DNA of 34,600 nt from a virus. Lineage: Duplodnaviria > Caudoviricetes. Within the stretch, counting starts at the first letter, position 1. Each line of letters begins with the position of its first letter. The notes beneath the pieces were generated by a model that was given only the letters and a program-made list of their open reading frames with translations, made no database searches and was not told the origin of the DNA. The stretch covers positions 1 through 34,600 of the IMG/VR virus record IMGVR_UViG_3300037286_000263. The stretch is one strand, 5' to 3'. Positions 33,767 to 34,600 of the stretch are shown here, piece by piece. Both the position numbers and the translations under genes were made by a program.

Positions 33767-33771
33767 CACGG

Positions 33772-33800
33772 CTTATAGCAGGGTTACTCCCATAAATCAA
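33772..33800 (-). promoter_or_regulatory. Leftward sigma70-like promoter for the candidate sRNA
   Basis: Minus strand TTGATT (33800-33795), 17 bp, extended -10 TG-C-TATAAG (33777-33772). Confidence 0.7.
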
Positions 33801-33817
33801 TTTCGGGGAGGACCACA

Positions 33818-34600
33818 ATGAACAGTTTTTTAGCGTATATGGGCGGCAAATCGTTACTGGCACACAAGATCATTCCGAAGATTCCGGAACACAAATGCTA
33901 CGTGGAAGTCTTCGCGGGCGCGGCCTGGCTGTTGTTCAAGAAAGAAGAGAACACATCGGACGTGGAGATCATCAACGACATCAACCTGGATCTGGTGACC
34001 CTGTACCGGGTGGTCAAGCACCATCTGGAAGAGTTTATCCGATATTTTAAATGGGTACTGGTTTCGCGTGATGAATTCCATCGGTTCCGCAAAGAAGTGC
34101 CGGATGCCCTGACGGACATTCAGCGGGCGGTCCGGTTCTACTATCTCCTCAAGCTGGGCTATGCGGCCAGGATCAAGAACCCGTCCTTCTCCATAGCCAC
34201 AACCGCGAAGCCCCGCCTGAACCTCCTGCGGATTGAGGAGGAGCTATCTGCGGTCCATCTTCGCCTGGCGCGGGTCTATATCGAGCATCGTTTCTATGCG
34301 GATGTCTTTGCCTATTTTGACAAGCCGGACACGTTCTTCTACATCGATCCGCCCTATTACGGCTATGAGGATTATTATGGGGACGGCTTCTTTGATCGGA
34401 CCGATTTCATGAAGCTCCGGGATATCCTGGCCGGCATTTCCGGGAAATTCATTTTGTCAATTAATGACGTGGATCATATCCGGGATCTGTTCAGGGGCTT
34501 CCACATCGAGACGGTTCCGACGTCCTATTCGGCGGCCGGGGCGAACAGAAAAAAGAAAGTGAATGAATTGTTGATCATGAATTACAAGCCGATTGGGTAA
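33818..34600 (+). CDS. dam: DNA adenine methyltransferase (D12/Dam class), in the position of Mu mom
   Basis: YMGGKS, YVEVFAGAA (motif I), INDIN, FYIDPPY (motif IV), ELLIMNY; SD GGAGG. Target specificity not determinable here. Confidence 0.94.
   Translation: MNSFLAYMGGKSLLAHKIIPKIPEHKCYVEVFAGAAWLLFKKEENTSDVEIINDINLDLVTLYRVVKHHLEEFIRYFKWVLVSRDEFHRFRKEVPDALTDIQRAVRFYYLLKLGYAARIKNPSFSIATTAKPRLNLLRIEEELSAVHLRLARVYIEHRFYADVFAYFDKPDTFFYIDPPYYGYEDYYGDGFFDRTDFMKLRDILAGISGKFILSINDVDHIRDLFRGFHIETVPTSYSAAGANRKKKVNELLIMNYKPIG

Larger units (their letters stand above)
1..34600 (+). mobile_element. Mu-like transposable prophage with siphovirus-type tail; termini lie outside the window
   Basis: DDE transposase plus AAA+ ATPase, Gam, GemA, Mor, Mu-type portal/F/G/I/T/gp36/gp37 gene order, tape measure, no tail sheath, terminal methyltransferase. 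Window starts and ends on stop codons, so no TG...CA ends are seen. Confidence 0.96.

Noticed and set aside
1-34600. CRISPR array, diversity-generating retroelement, intron/intein, invertible segment, Mu end repeats
   Set aside because: No regularly spaced repeats, reverse transcriptase, oversized interrupted core genes or invertase were seen, and the prophage termini lie outside the window.

Overview
The window is almost entirely one Mu-like (transposable) prophage with a non-contractile, siphovirus-type tail. It runs from the stop codon of a leftward ankyrin-repeat lipoprotein gene to the stop codon of a DNA adenine methyltransferase gene, so the phage ends and host junctions are not visible. 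Gene order is: CI/S24-type repressor and divergent Ner/Cro-like gene, early operon (DDE transposase, AAA+ transposition ATPase, Gam, GemA, Mor/C activator), lysis, terminase, Mu-type head genes, tail genes, and the methyltransferase in the position of Mu mom. The most notable signal is an unannotated, self-contained small RNA gene on the minus strand just upstream of the methyltransferase (sigma70 promoter, tight four-way junction whose G-U pairs work only on the minus strand, U-tract end). Other signals are a tail-tip gene apparently split by two inserted fibre genes, a hidden -1 frameshift extension of the tail chaperone, dRS3/REP-like repeats flanking an unusual head-decoration gene, and structured RNA elements before the endolysin and after the major capsid gene. 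All family assignments come from motif recognition by eye and gene order; no database searches were run.
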